64,000 bases of DNA from Octopus sinensis (lineage: Eukaryota): assembly GCF_006345805.1 (NCBI RefSeq), contig NC_043008.1:68634001-68698000 (forward strand). The letters run 5' to 3'. Of the stretch, positions 26,620 to 40,062 are shown piece by piece (the first letter of the stretch is position 1; every line of letters begins with the position of its first letter). Below the pieces are notes generated by a model. The model did no database searches. It was given only the letters and a program-made list of their open reading frames with translations, and had not been told where the DNA came from. Position numbers and translations under genes: made by a program.

Positions 26620-27530
26620 TTCTCGCCATTACAAAGACCTATGGGAAGACCAGAGCCTGTGTGTTGTCATCTGACGGAGAAATGGAATTCTTTCAAATAC
26701 TAGCTAAGGTGCTATAAGGAGATCCGCTTGCACCTTACCTGTTTGCAGCTGTATTGGATTATGTAATACGAAAGGCTATAGGTAATAGTGACGAAGACTT
26801 TGGTTTCACTATAGACCGGTAAAGATCGCTGAGAGTACCAGCAGTAACCACCACAGACCTGGACTTCGGAAGCTGCTCAGTAGAGTAGAATCATCGGCTG
26901 CTAAAGTAGGACTGCACAAAAATGTCAAGAAAACGGAATACATGTCCTTCAAGCAATCGAGGGGTGCTGAACTGTTTCCTTTGAGCGGTTCCAAACTGAA
27001 TGTTGCTGAAGACTTCAAGTACTTAGATGGTTGGATGGGCAGTTTAGAAGCAGATATCAAGATCAGGAAGGCACAAGCATGGACAGCCTGTCACAGACTA
27101 AAAGTCTGGAATTCCAAATTTCCCAGGAAAATAAAAAGATCAAGCTGTTTATTGCAACTGTCGAATCAGTGCTATCATATGGCAGTGAAACATGGACACT
27201 GACAAAGAAATTATCAAACAGGCTGAATGGATGCTACACAAGGATGCTGCGAATGGCTCCAAGTGTGAAATAGCAGCAACATATGACAAATAAATGCCTT
27301 TACGGGAACCTACCCAAAGTTAACGAAAAGATCGAGCATAGACTATCTGGTCACTGCGTGCACCATCCTGAGCTGGAAGCATCTAAGTTAGTCTTGTGAA
27401 CCCCACTTTATGGTGATGTAAGAAGAAAATGTAGTCACACTTACATCGACAACTTGAATGCAGACACTGGCCTGGAGTATATCCAGAACATTGAAACAAT
27501 AATGATGGGCCGAGAGGTGTGACGGGTAGA
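26620..27530 (+). mobile_element. 5'-truncated RTE-clade LINE
   Basis: GDPLAPYLF, EDFKYL.GWMGS..DIKIRKAQAW, KIKLFIATVESVLSYGSETWTLTKK..RLNGCYTRMLR and TYIDNL..DTGL. Confidence 0.9.
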
Positions 27531-27576
27531 CTTTGTTGCTGCGCCCTGTAAAATTAATAAAATAATAAACACTTAT

Positions 27577-27743
<167 letters not shown>

Positions 27744-27799
27744 GGCCCGAGGCTATAGCAGAAGACACTTGCCTTAGGAATGAGAACCCAGGTTCGAAA

Positions 27800-27845
27800 T
27801 TTCTCCAATGAAGGCTGGGGGGTATATCAGCCGAAACGTTGTGTT
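27800..27845 (+). ncRNA. Degenerate minimal hammerhead-like motif (probably inactive)
   Basis: CCAATGA-A-GGCTG-(10 nt)-CAGCC-GAAA-CGT-T-GTGTT. Stem II is perfect but the core has two substitutions and the 5' strand of stem I does not pair. Confidence 0.45.
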
Positions 27846-27967
27846 AACAACAAACAAGATGAGAACAAATATTTGTCAAATGTAAAAAATGTAAATAATG
27901 TACATAATTCCTCATCTCTTAAATATAGAACTGAATCAAACTTCTAACCAACTGTCATCCCTGCGCC

Positions 27968-28032
<65 letters not shown>

Positions 28033-28352
28033 GTTTATTTGATAAACACAGTATGTTTTTATGTGTTACTATTAGTTTTATGCGATGAGAGCATGCCAGA
28101 CAGTATTTTTGTATTTTTTAACAATCTTCAGGCACTGCCCACATGGCATCCCGAACTAAAGATAGAATGATAGGATGAGAGGAAACGCGAGAAAGGGCGA
28201 GAAAGAAGTACATATAAAAGGTGGAAGGTTGAAAAACCGGAAAACAAAAAAAAAGTAAATCAGAAAGAAGCGAAGTGGGGGAATTCCACATTCTAGATCT
28301 ACTTTTTTCGCGGATTTTCTTGCATTTCGCTTTTTCTTTCACGCTTTTCTCG

Positions 28353-28415
<63 letters not shown>

Positions 28416-29158
28416 CGCGCGTGTGTGTGTATATGTAAGCAGATATCTAGAAAGCATTCATTTTGTTTAACGAATTTGGTTAACTATAAATACCAATAAA
28501 TTCAAGAAGCGAATTATGTATGAGAATTAAATCTAAATATCGCTTAGAAGAATTTCAAGAAATTCAGAGTGTAAAACAATAAGGACAAGAATGGAGAAAA
28601 TCACATCTTTAATTGATGGTTACACCATACGTTACGGATAATCGTTTCTATTGTGCCAGCTTATCTAGATACAGAAAAACGTATAAAACACCAGTGGAAT
28701 TAATTTATCAGAAAACGTAGGCTAAAGCAACGTTATCAAAGGCAATCCAAAATGGACTAAATTCAAAGAGAACTAAGAAAATAACTCGAATAAATGAATG
28801 CTTACAAAGGATCTTAAAATGAAATAAAATATTCTAAGAGAAGCCAGTTTGGTATTTAACATTTGATGACGTCAGTAGATAATGAAAGAATAAAAAAATC
28901 AACATGGAAATTCTACGTCATGACAATTAGTTAACCATCCATTAAATATGCTAAACAGATTTTTAGAAAAATTATGCATATTAGATTATAGGAAAAGTGA
29001 ATATAAGTAGTGGGTTATTTGCTATTGAAATGTTTAAATGTTTTTTCTATATTTTGGGCAATTTCAATGTAAAATTATTTTTACAATTTAATAATACTAA
29101 TTTAGAAGTAATTATATGATACATACATATATACATGCACGCACACACACACACATGT

Positions 29159-29205
<47 letters not shown>

Positions 29206-29249
29206 ATATATAATATATATATAATATTAAATTAGAGATAAAACCACTA

Positions 29250-30060
29250 TACTATATATAAAGCTCAACTTGTGTGTCTGTGTGTGTATCTGTGTGTTTA
29301 ACTTCCCGGCACATCTCCTCCTAGCCAACAAATCGTAGAACCACCAAAATGGTCACTTAAAGTTTAGGCGAATGAAAATTGAACTGCGCTATTTTTCTTC
29401 CGAAATTCATCTCGCAAGTGCAAAAATGGATAATGTGTTTATCCCATGCATTGAATAGTGAACTTTACACAGTCAGCTGTTTGACGTGAACTGTGTTCAC
29501 CACGCATGCAAGCATGCGTAAATTGCATGAAAAATAAAAAATCAAGATATAAAAACGAATCGCCGTAAACATTGTAGAAATTCGGCAAAGAAATGAATTT
29601 TCAGGATGTAGCCTGGAGGGTTTTTTCGTATTAATCGTTTGGACTTTGTGAACACATACCAATTGTTTTCATAACATTTTAAACGCTTTGAATTAAATGT
29701 GACCATCTTGCGTTGACTCTGCAGTTTGAATCACTTTAACCAAATTTTAGCAGGCCGGATTTTTGATCATCACGATACATCGCCAGCGACTCCTTGAAAC
29801 TCTCCCCTGAAATCCCCATTGAGAAATACTGATGTAAAAGAATAATTCAACAATGCAATTATTTGATCAACAAAAATTTATGAAACGCTTCTACGTACTT
29901 CCTATTGAGGAAATGGAACACATAAGCGCAAAAATAGAGGGCATTAAATGCTTGATTTTAAAACCAAAATAATTGAATTTTGATTGAACTTCATCCAAGT
30001 TTAGCTTAATTCGCGCGTGCATAGAACGCACGAGCGCACGAGTCGGCCAATACTGCTAGT
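29250..30060 (+). mobile_element. Non-autonomous Helitron-like element
   Basis: 5' ATACTATATATAAAGCTCAAC-(TG)n start, 3' GC-rich hairpin (CGTGC..GCACG) followed by CTAG-T. Confidence 0.65.
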
Positions 30061-30117
30061 ATATATGTGTACACACACAAATTCATACATGCATATACAT
30101 TTATACATACATATATA

Positions 30118-30438
30118 TTCTTTTACTTTTTACTTGTTTCAATCATTTGACTGTGGCCATGCTGGAGCACCGCCTTAAAGGGTTTTAGTCGAACAAATCG
30201 GCTCCAGGACCTATTCTTTGTAAACCTAGTACTTATTCCATCCGAACCGCTAAGTTACAGGGATATATACACACACCAGCATCGATTATCAATCGATGGC
30301 GGCGATACAAACACAGAGACAGATGCACACACACACCACACATAAATATACACATACATACATACATACATACATACATACATACATACATACATACATA
30401 CATACACACATACACACACACATACATACATACATACA

Positions 30439-30474
<36 letters not shown>

Positions 30475-30630
30475 CGTCAGGTTTCTTTCAGTTTTTGCCT
30501 ACCAAATCCACCCACAAGTCTTTGGTCGGTCCGAGGCAATAGTAGAAGACACTTGCCCAAGGTACCACGCAGTGAGTCTGAACCCAGAACCGTGTGGTTA
30601 GAAAGCAAGTTTCATACCATATAACCGCAC
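30118..30630 (-). mobile_element. Full-length family B SINE with internal (CATA)n microsatellite
   Basis: Head, microsatellite and TTTTACTTGTTTC tail all present. Matches 46742-47165. Confidence 0.85.
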
Positions 30631-30649
30631 CAAGAAGATCAAAAGTACG

Positions 30650-30880
30650 TGCTAAGCCACACTGTCGGCTTCCCGAATTTTGTGGAGCATATATTTCTCC
30701 TTGGATGGGACACCGGTTCGTCACACGAGTACGCAATTTTTTTCCCAGCTGAGGGGATTGGTACATGTAAAATGAAGTGTTTTCTCTCGAACGCAACTCA
30801 TCGCTCGGTCCAGGAATCAAAATCAAAATCTTACGATCACGAGCGCCTCACTCTAACCATTAAGCTACACAACTTCACAC
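30650..30880 (-). mobile_element. tRNA-derived SINE related to 14003-14300
   Basis: Reverse complement gives GTGAAG..GCTTAATGGTTAGAG..CTCGTGATCGTAAG head and TTCGAGAGAAAACACTTCATTT central motif. Confidence 0.65.
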
Positions 30881-31504
30881 ACATACAGCCAAACACACAG
30901 ACAGACACACACACAGACACACACACAAGCTCTTGAAGTATATCACATAAGTTATAAAAGTGTAACATGTAAATATTGGGTTGGAAAATCTTTTTGGAGA
31001 GACGAAGTCCTAAAAAGATTAATTTAATGTTCTCTAGGGAGTATATAAAATTTCCTATGACGTCAGCAGTAAATCTACATACATACATACATACATACAT
31101 ACCTACATACATACATACATACATACATGCATACATGCATACCTACCTACATACATACATACATACATACATACATGCATGTATGTATGAATAGGATTCT
31201 CGTGCACTCAACAGTGTAAATTATAACCCATCTTAAGCGATGTATTCCTCCCCTAAAGGGGTCAACTGATAATTCAAAGGGTTTATAAGTAATTCGAAAC
31301 CAGAACGTTAGTCTCTTGTGAAATAAAACGAGAGGAATAAAATGACTGAGATTGTAAAAAAAGAAAGTGTGTTCAGGACTACATAAACTTAACATTTCTT
31401 TGAATATAACACGCATCATACACGCACACACACATGCATAAACAGCGGCACACCCAAACACATACGTACAGTACACACAATCATATGCATATATATATAT
31501 ATAT

Positions 31505-31720
31505 GTGATCTCTTGAGCACCACCAGCAAAAATATTTTTTCCTCTGTCTTCCCTTCTTGGGATCTTTCCTTCTCCTTGTTTCCGACGAAGAGCTCCGCTC
31601 GAAACGTTAAACCCTTCTTCCCTTCTTTCCTGAGCGTCAATAATACTTTAATTGTTCCACGTCCTCGCGTTGCTGTGTTTTTTTCTCTTTTTTTCTGTGT
31701 TTTCTTGTTTGGATTAACTA
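31505..31720 (+). mobile_element. Solo Penelope-type terminal repeat (pLTR-like) inserted in (TA)n
   Basis: About 215-bp pyrimidine-rich insert between TA runs, containing a minimal hammerhead at 31578-31612. Confidence 0.6.
31578..31612 (+). ncRNA. Minimal type-I hammerhead-like motif (U4-to-C core variant)
   Basis: GTTT-CCGACGA-A-GAGC-TCC-GCTC-GAAA-CGT-T-AAAC: stem I GTTT/AAAC, stem II GAGC/GCTC, palindromic stem III ACGT. Confidence 0.6.
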
Positions 31721-31807
31721 TATATATATAAATGTGTGTATGTATGTATATATACTTATACACAAACGCACACATATAGGATATTTTATAATATAATATA
31801 TAATATA

Positions 31808-32025
31808 AGGCGTCAAGCTGGCAAAATTGTTAGGACGCCGGGTAAAATGCTTAGCAGCGTTTCGTTCGTCCTTACATTCTGAGTTCAAATTCTGCGGTGG
31901 TCAACATTGCCTTTCATTCTCTCGGGGTCGAGGAAATAAATACCAGTTGAACCCTGGTGTTGATGTAGTCGGCTTACTCTTACCTTGAAATTGCTGGGCA
32001 TGTGCCAAAATTTGAAATCAATGTA
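31808..32025 (+). mobile_element. Family A SINE (GGCGAGCTGGCAGAA head)
   Basis: GTTCTGAGTTCAAATTC...GCCTTTCAT...GGGGTCGA core shared with at least 7 other copies in the window. Confidence 0.85.
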
Positions 32026-32030
32026 ATCTA

Positions 32031-32128
<98 letters not shown>

Positions 32129-32185
32129 CATATATTCGTACATATGTATGACATAAAAGTTTAGGTCAAACGATGTTTCCTTCCA

Positions 32186-32247
<62 letters not shown>

Positions 32248-32599
32248 TTGTCTACTGAGTTACATGGCGGAGTTGTTAATGCTTCAGTTTTGTGATTGTT
32301 TTGTAAGCTGAATAGCTACACATCACTAAGTAGTAAACGCACCTGTCCTTTGGACGGTTTAAGTTGCTTCGGGGATATTTTTTCACCAAATAATTGAACG
32401 ACCGAGGTTTATGAGTAGCACGGCAACCTTTGTTTCCTATTAACCTAGGAACGGAAAATCAAATTGAAGGTTTGTTGCACTTTAATGATCATAGAACATA
32501 TAAATTTACAAGCGATGCAAAGTAGATATACTGAAGTGATTTGGGAGTAGATTACGAATAATGAGTACAAAATATCGTTGAAAATGACTACAAAATATA

Positions 32600-33128
32600 T
32601 AGACAAAATTTCACTTTTATAAAAAAGCTTAAAAATGTATGGAAGACTTTACATAAAAAACGATGTCAATTTAGGTCCATTTACGCGGGAGCTCTGGGCA
32701 AAATGTTAAGTGCATGACCATCCTTGAGACATAACTAATGTGTGTGTAAAGTTTGGTGAAAATCGATTGAGAATCGTGGAAATGTATGCGCTCAGTGTTC
32801 CTAGTCAATTTAATCACAACCGCTGGTGGACAGTGGAAATAAATAAATTGACATCTTTTCACTTTTATAAAAAGATAAAAAAAGTATGGAAGACCCGACA
32901 GACTATAAAATAGCTGAGTAATGCAAATGAATAGGAATTATTTATTATTGGGTTCCTATCGCTCTAGAGGTCCCAATATCGATTTTAAAAAAATATAAGT
33001 ATCCTATGTTCGGGTCTGGGGTATGAAACAGCTGTGTATAAAATTTTAAAGAAATCGGATGAAAGATGTAGTAGTTATTGAGGTACATTAAATTTTTGTA
33101 CACACACACACACACATACACACACACA

Positions 33129-33180
<52 letters not shown>

Positions 33181-33210
33181 GAAAACTTCAATTTTATAGA
33201 TATTAGATAA
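32600..33210 (-). mobile_element. Non-autonomous Helitron-like element (partial)
   Basis: Minus strand begins ATCTAATATCTATAAAATTGAAG followed by (TG)n, with internal direct subrepeats. The 3' CTAG end was not resolved. Confidence 0.45.
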
Positions 33211-33219
33211 ATTATCTCA

Positions 33220-33449
33220 ACGCGTGATGGGTCCCTCACGAATCCGCCCAATCAACTGTCAACGGCTCGGTAAGTGCCGACCGTGGTGGCAACGGGTAAC
33301 GGAGAATCAAGGTTTAATTCCGGAGATGGAGCATGCGAAACGGTTACCACACCCAAATTACTCGCTCCCGGCACGCGGAGGTAGTGACAAAAAAATAACG
33401 ACGCGGGGCTTCGACAGAGATCGGAATGAGTACACTTTAAATCCGTTAA
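33220..33449 (+). pseudogene. Decayed 18S rRNA gene fragment
   Basis: ATCAACT..., AACGGGTAACGGAGAATCAAGGTTTAATTCCGGAGA.GGAGC, GGAGGTAGTGAC.AAAAATAAC and GGAATGAGTACACTTTAAATCC are recognisable eukaryotic SSU motifs. A deletion of about 20 nt removes GGAAGGCAGCAGGCGCGC. Confidence 0.9.
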
Positions 33450-34619
33450 GTAGAAAGAGAATACGTTGAATGTCGCATATTCAGAACAATATTTTCTACA
33501 CAATACATTTAATCTAGCGATGTCAGGTCCTAAATAGGGCCCCACTGACGCACCGTTTGGGTTATGCGTAAGAATCGCCCAGGGAAGTTTGTAACGGCTG
33601 AGTTTGAGTTGCAAGGTTTGAAGAACATTTGATTGGAATTCTAAATTGAGTTGATGATTAATATATATAAGAATAGTATCTATATTCGTGTTTACACGTA
33701 GATTAGTAAAATGATACAATAATCTGTAGCCATTACAATGACGAATTTGTTATAGATTTATTTTTAATAAGGTGTATTGTTTTGGAAACGTTATATTATG
33801 AAACTGAAAGTCTGATATTGTACGCATTGTGTTTATGTGTTAACTGTACGCTATATATACAGCGTTTTCATATTCACATACAATTGGTGCTAAATATAAT
33901 TTAACGTCTTTATCAGTATATATTCATGTAAAGGGTTCTGATTTGAGGAATTGTGTAGGGTCCTTAATGTAAGCATGAATATCTAATGTCAGAAGCATTC
34001 TCATTTGTAAATTCTGGTATTCAAAATAACAAAAGTATGACACAAATCTACTTTCCATCCACATCCGTGCTTTTCTTCAACTCATTATCTGAGTTGCCGA
34101 GTTCCTCTGTTTAGTTTCGCTTCATTTGTTGCATTCTTCATGTCTATGAGGTTCTAAATGTTTGTCTGAGTCGATTACATTTTCCCTTGCATAGCGTCCC
34201 TGTTGTTCTCTTAATATTTCAATTGGCATCGTTACAACTTTTCTTAGCAGCCAACTTATCCAGCCACATAATTTTAAGTGTCACTGTCTTTGTTCGAATT
34301 TTTGTTTTGCTAGATTAATTGCGTGTACCAATGTTTGCACTAATCTCTAAGTTATTGAAGTTACGAGCTCTAGTATTTATTTATAAATGATTGCAAGCAA
34401 ATTTATGAAAATATAGTTTTGATCTCTAAAATTTTGTATCTGTAGAAGGTTATCAGAATATGTTCAGCAAGGTATAGGAAATAATATAAACGAAATAAGT
34501 TGTAGGGAAAATGGAATGCACTATAAAAAATTGTTTTGAGAATAATTTTTAATGAAAAAATGCTTCCGTGAAGATAAAAGAAATATGTAGTAGTATTCAT
34601 AGTAAAAGCTAGTGAAATT

Positions 34620-35330
34620 GTCCAAGAGACAAATGTGTAAAAGCATAAGAATTTGGTGTTTCTGAGAAACTCGTGATATCGGTGAAAGATATCGTACAAA
34701 CTTTAGACGACGTAATAAAGTGTGGTAATAGAGTTCAGACTTGCAAGAGGACATAATTGGGAAAGATCAAATTCGTGAAGCGATGGGAATCTGTGCGAAG
34801 AAGGAACCAAAGAAAGTTACTGAGTGCGGTGTTACAAAATCATTAACATGGAAAATTTGCAATTTGTGAGGGCGTCGGAATCTATGTGAGAAAGGAAACA
34901 AAGAAAGACGGAATTGTAAGCTTTAAAGCAAATGCTGGATGGCTTATGAGATGAAATGATTTAGCACATTGGAAGAGAATGAAAATTGTACAAAATCTGC
35001 TGATTAAATATATCAGAGTTTCATTAATTTGAAACAGAAACCAGTTAAAGAAGGCTACAAGTTTTCATATAGAAGCATGAACGAAACCTGTCTTAATTTT
35101 GACATGTCAGAAAATGAACCTGATATGAGAGAGAAAATGAAACCAGTGAAAACTACTGGATACGAGAAAAACAGGTTCACATTCGTACTTTTGTGTATGG
35201 AAAATGGTGCTAAATTAAAACTAGGTTTTAATTTCCAACAGAAATTGTTGTACGTATTTAACCACAAGGCTAGCTGGATGAAAGTGGATTTATAAAATGG
35301 ATAAAGGAAGCTTGGAATTTGCAACCTGGT
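34620..35330 (+). mobile_element. Decayed pogo/Tigger-like transposase
   Basis: FKANAGWL (CENP-B HTH), MNETCLNFDM (DET motif) and VKTTGYEKNRFTFVLLCMENGAKL. Confidence 0.8.
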
Positions 35331-36705
35331 GGACGACAGAAGTAAAAGTGCTCTCTCATCTGTAATTCGTGTTAGTCACATATAAAGAAAGGTGTTGTTG
35401 ATTATGTTTGATTAGAGGACCTGGATACAGTGTTAATTCCTAGTTGAGTTATAACTGTTTTACAATCGTTAGATAATAGTAACCATAAGCGGTATACAAG
35501 CGAACATCATGAGGATGAAAAGGAGGAAAATGTGTGAAAACCTGTACACGAAAAGAAGTAATATTTGGGGTCCATCACTGTCTCTGGTTCATGAGTGGAT
35601 TGTTAGTTCATGAAAGGAAATAAAAGCTGATATTATAAAATCGTTCAAGAAATGTGGAATTTCAAATGCAATGGATCGCAGAGAAGACGAATCACCGTGA
35701 AAAGATGATAATGAAGAAGCCTCCGATAATGTGAGACCCATGATTACGGACAACGATGATGAAAAGAATCTATACAACTACAACGATATCATCATTCACT
35801 ATGAAGATTAAAAGGGTTTATTCAAAGCTGAAGATGATAAGCACTGTGATTTTGCAGGATTTTAAAGAAATTTCGTGTTTGAAATATTAAGATTTTAGCA
35901 TGTAGTTGTAATTGAAAGCTTTAAAATTTCCTACTTCAATTTTGTATGCATAAATAAAGCTTACGAGTTTATTTTCATTCACCGGATTTATCATTTTCGT
36001 TTTAATATTTATAACCTTAAACTGTATTGAAGTATTTAATTAGAAATAAAAATACGATACTGATACACAGTAGCGTCATAAATGGGAATTCGATGATATT
36101 ACAGCGTATTTGATCAACTAAGATGGACAGAAGTATAACAACAAGTTTTAAATATTCATAACAAGAACAGGGTCACGTCTATTTGGTAGAATGTGTGCAG
36201 TGATGCGGATAATGGAGAATTGTTAGTATCATAACTGTAATTCACTGTCTTTTTTCGTTATTCACAATAGAGATTATTTCGGAGTGCTGTTTCTGTCGCA
36301 GCACTTGGAATTGAAACCTGAGCTTCAGACCATCAAAAGAAGAGTCCGTGTAATCAGTAGCCCTCGAAATTTAACCTTAGTAAACTGGTCTAAAAATTCG
36401 ACTTTTATACAAATATACCCGCCATATATACATATATGCATAACGTACTTACATGCATAGATACAAATATGCAAACATACAAACATAAATACATGCTTAA
36501 ATGCAACCATACATACATGCATACATACATACATACATACATGTGTATATATATATATATATATATAATATGGTAATAATAAATTATTATTACCAGTGGC
36601 CTAGAACAAAAACGAATTAGTCATTAGACTATATATTATTCATATAGCACAGCGCTTTCCTATTTGGAAGCCTCTTATTGTATATATATATATATACATA
36701 CATGT

Positions 36706-37580
36706 TAGGGTGATGCAAAATAACTTACTATTTCAAAAACTTGAAGACACCCTCTAATTATATTTAATTTAGTGCAAAAACTCAACATTCAAAATTTCAG
36801 CACAATTGAAGACATTTTAGAGGTTGCTACCATCTACCGAACTTTTTGTATATTGTTATTTTTCAGTTTGTATTTATTGTATATTTTCTGTCTCCTTGCT
36901 ATCTTCTACTGGCCCGGGTATAGAACTGTTTGAGATTCAAATCAAAGTGGGTAGAAATTGACAAGAACAATTACCAAACAGCAACAGATGACCCTAACAT
37001 TGTAGAGAAAATCGCAGATGCTGAAGAAATCATTCAATTTGCTCAAACTCAGCTTGATGAACAGCAGCCTCGTGACGACTACAAGAATTGCTCGAGCTAA
37101 CGCTCATTTTCCTCGGTAGTACCCCCAAGTTAGGAATCAGCTTTAAAGCACCCGGAGCTTATCACAGAGCTCGATGGATGGCCAAGCTAATTTACTGCAT
37201 TAAAATTTGGATGTTTAAATCTCATTTTAAACTAATCGAGAGAGAAGAAAAAAGCTGCTTTTCAGCTGCGATATACATCAGATCGTGGTACCTGGCATCC
37301 ATACCCTTATGCGTCCCCCCATTCAGATTTGCATTTTGTGCAAAATCTGCAGTTCTACAATGAAAAGGATGACAAAATTGCAAGTACCGCACTCAATAAG
37401 TTTTTGAGACATTTGTGGTACCTCTCTGAGGTGCTTGTGGCGCTTGCATTTTTTTACTCACCTGTTTCGCATGAAACAAAAAATAAAATGAAGCATGCTC
37501 TGCAGAAACTAGTTGACTCAAAACCGAGCAAACGAGCATCAATAAATCCTGAATCAGCTGGATACCAATAGTTTCATGTA
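36706..37580 (+). mobile_element. Decayed hAT-superfamily (hATm-like) transposon fragment
   Basis: Starts TAGGGTG. Encodes FKAPGAYHRARWMAKLIYCIKIWMF and LRHLWYLSEVLVALAFF. Right TIR not found. Confidence 0.6.
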
Positions 37581-38065
37581 GGATACCAAAAGTTTCATGC
37601 AGAGAAATCTCCTACCAATTATCATGCCTGCCACATAGGAACGTTTGTACTCGGCTCCATTTTAGATGAGATGCACATCCTTAATTATGCACATTCGAGT
37701 ATGAATATACATGTACAAGTGTATGTGTACATATATACAGCATAACAACACTCGCTTCTATGTGTATGTGTAAATATGCACGAATTTTCCTATATTTATG
37801 TATTTTCTTATTGAATGAAATAACGAGAAAACTATTTGGAAAATTTGAATTATTCACGTCACTTTGTAATTGTTTATATAATTTGTTCTAGAACTATCCA
37901 GGGAAATACTATTATCGTCGGTTCGATCTGCAACTAGTTTGATAAGTGCCAATGCATGAAACTCTCGGACCTTGAGTTACTCAGTTGATTCTGCTAAACA
38001 TTAATAAGAAATATATACCTATATATACATATATAAGTCTGTCAGTTTGTCTGTCTGTCTATCTG

Positions 38066-38153
<88 letters not shown>

Positions 38154-38197
38154 ACATCTATCTATCTATCTATCTATCTATACACACACACAACCAT

Positions 38198-38247
<50 letters not shown>

Positions 38248-38606
38248 TATTTATATATGTATATGTTTGTGTGTGCGTATCTATATATATATACATATAT
38301 ATCTATATGTACATACACACACATATATATGTGTGTATATGTATATATATTACTTGGTAGCAGTTCAAGTATATTTGAATGGTATTTGAACCCTTAAGAA
38401 AGGTTCAAATATCTTTCAAACATATTTGAACTGGTACCAAGTTTTTCTCTCACTCGCTGCTTGTCGCTTTTAGTCAGTAACACACACACACACACACGCG
38501 CGCGCGCGCACACACACACACATGGGTGTGTGCGCTTGTGTAAGTATAGAACATGTGTTATTGGAAATAGTAAATAAGATTTTGAAATGATACTATCAAT
38601 GATAAC

Positions 38607-38671
<65 letters not shown>

Positions 38672-38787
38672 AAACAATGATGATGAGGATGATGATAATA
38701 ATAATGATGATGATGATGATAAAAATAGTAATAATAATAATAACAATGATAAAGAAACAATTTTTCTTTACTCTCTTATTCATCCAG

Positions 38788-38926
38788 CTCGGAATACGTA
38801 TTGAAAGGCATCAAAGAATACTACAGAGCCAGGGTTTTCCATGATGGGACTGTGAAATACAACTTTCCGTCAGTTTTGAAATCTGTGTGCCAGATCGATA
38901 TAAAACATTTTCCCTTCGATCAACAA
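38788..38926 (+). CDS. nAChR-like internal exon, loop E and first part of Cys loop: SEYVLKGIKEYYRARVFHDGTVKYNFPSVLKSVCQIDIKHFPFDQQ
   Basis: CATCCAG acceptor, GTAAGT donor, 139 nt. Phase 2 in completes the AAC (Asn) codon from the previous exon. Contains C-x-I-D-x-x-x-FPFDQQ. Confidence 0.95.
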
Positions 38927-39662
38927 GTAAGTCTTTGTGATTTCTTTTAAACATTTCTTATTGTTTGAGAATGGTGGCTGGTCACGAAAGTCATGCAATG
39001 TCACACGAGTAGTAACTACATTAAAACGTTCAAAACAAAAACAAACAACAACAAAAACATACAAACAAACTATCCCACCTTCTCCCCCCCCATCAAAACA
39101 GAAACGACTTTAAGTGGGAGCCTAAACATGGTTATCCGTGCAGCTAGAAATAACAGTCAATAACTTAGTAGGGTGAAATTTAAGAGATATAGTTTAAGGA
39201 ATAATTTAAAGGACATATCTTAAAATAGATGAGATGGTGTCAGCTGAAAATACTTTGGTTATAAATTTATTTGAATCGAGGCGATTCGCGTCTAAACAAC
39301 AGCCTCAGCAAGAAGAAGGAAAGTAAACGTAATTGTTCTGAGTATTAATTTTGTAATTTTCCTGTCTATTAACTTCTAGTTAGTATACTTAGAATATTTT
39401 CTATATATCGCTGGTCATGAACGTAGATAGATGAGTATGTGGGTATTTTGAGAAACGACCGTGCCCCGCATAGTCACGGACTGCTCTTTGGCAAGGCATA
39501 GCACCGGTTCAGCCGCACTGCCAGGGATACTGCGAAATCATAGGACTGCAGCATGGCGGATTGTGAAGAAGTAGTAGAAGAGATCAGCTGAGCCAACGGT
39601 ACTTCTTACATTAATGCTGAGCGGAGGAATCCTAGAAGACCAATGGTCAGGATCACCACGCG

Positions 39663-40062
39663 AGGCGAGCTGGCAGAAACGCCGGGCGAAATGCGTAGCC
39701 GTATTTCGACTGCCGTTACGTTCTGAGTTCAAATTCCGCCGAGGTCGACTTTGCCTTTCATCCTTTCGGGGTCGATTAAACAAGTACCAGTTACACACTG
39801 GGGTCGATATAATCGACTTAATCCCTTTGTCTGTCCTTGTTAGTCCCCTCTGTGTTTAGTCCCTTGTAGGTAGTCAAGAAATAAGTAGTTCGTCTGCCAT
39901 TATGTTCTGAGTTCAAATTCCGCCGTGGTCGACTTTGCCTTTCATCCTTTCGGGGTCGATAAATTAAGTAACAGTTACGCACTAGGATCGATGTAATCGA
40001 CTTAATCCGTTTGTCTGTCCTTGTTTGTCCCCTCTGTGTTTAGTCCCTTGTGGGTAATAAAC
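39663..40062 (+). mobile_element. Family A SINE with tandemly repeated 3' portion
   Basis: Head at 39663. The body GTTCTGAGTTCAAATTCCGCC...CCCTTGT occurs twice. Confidence 0.85.
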
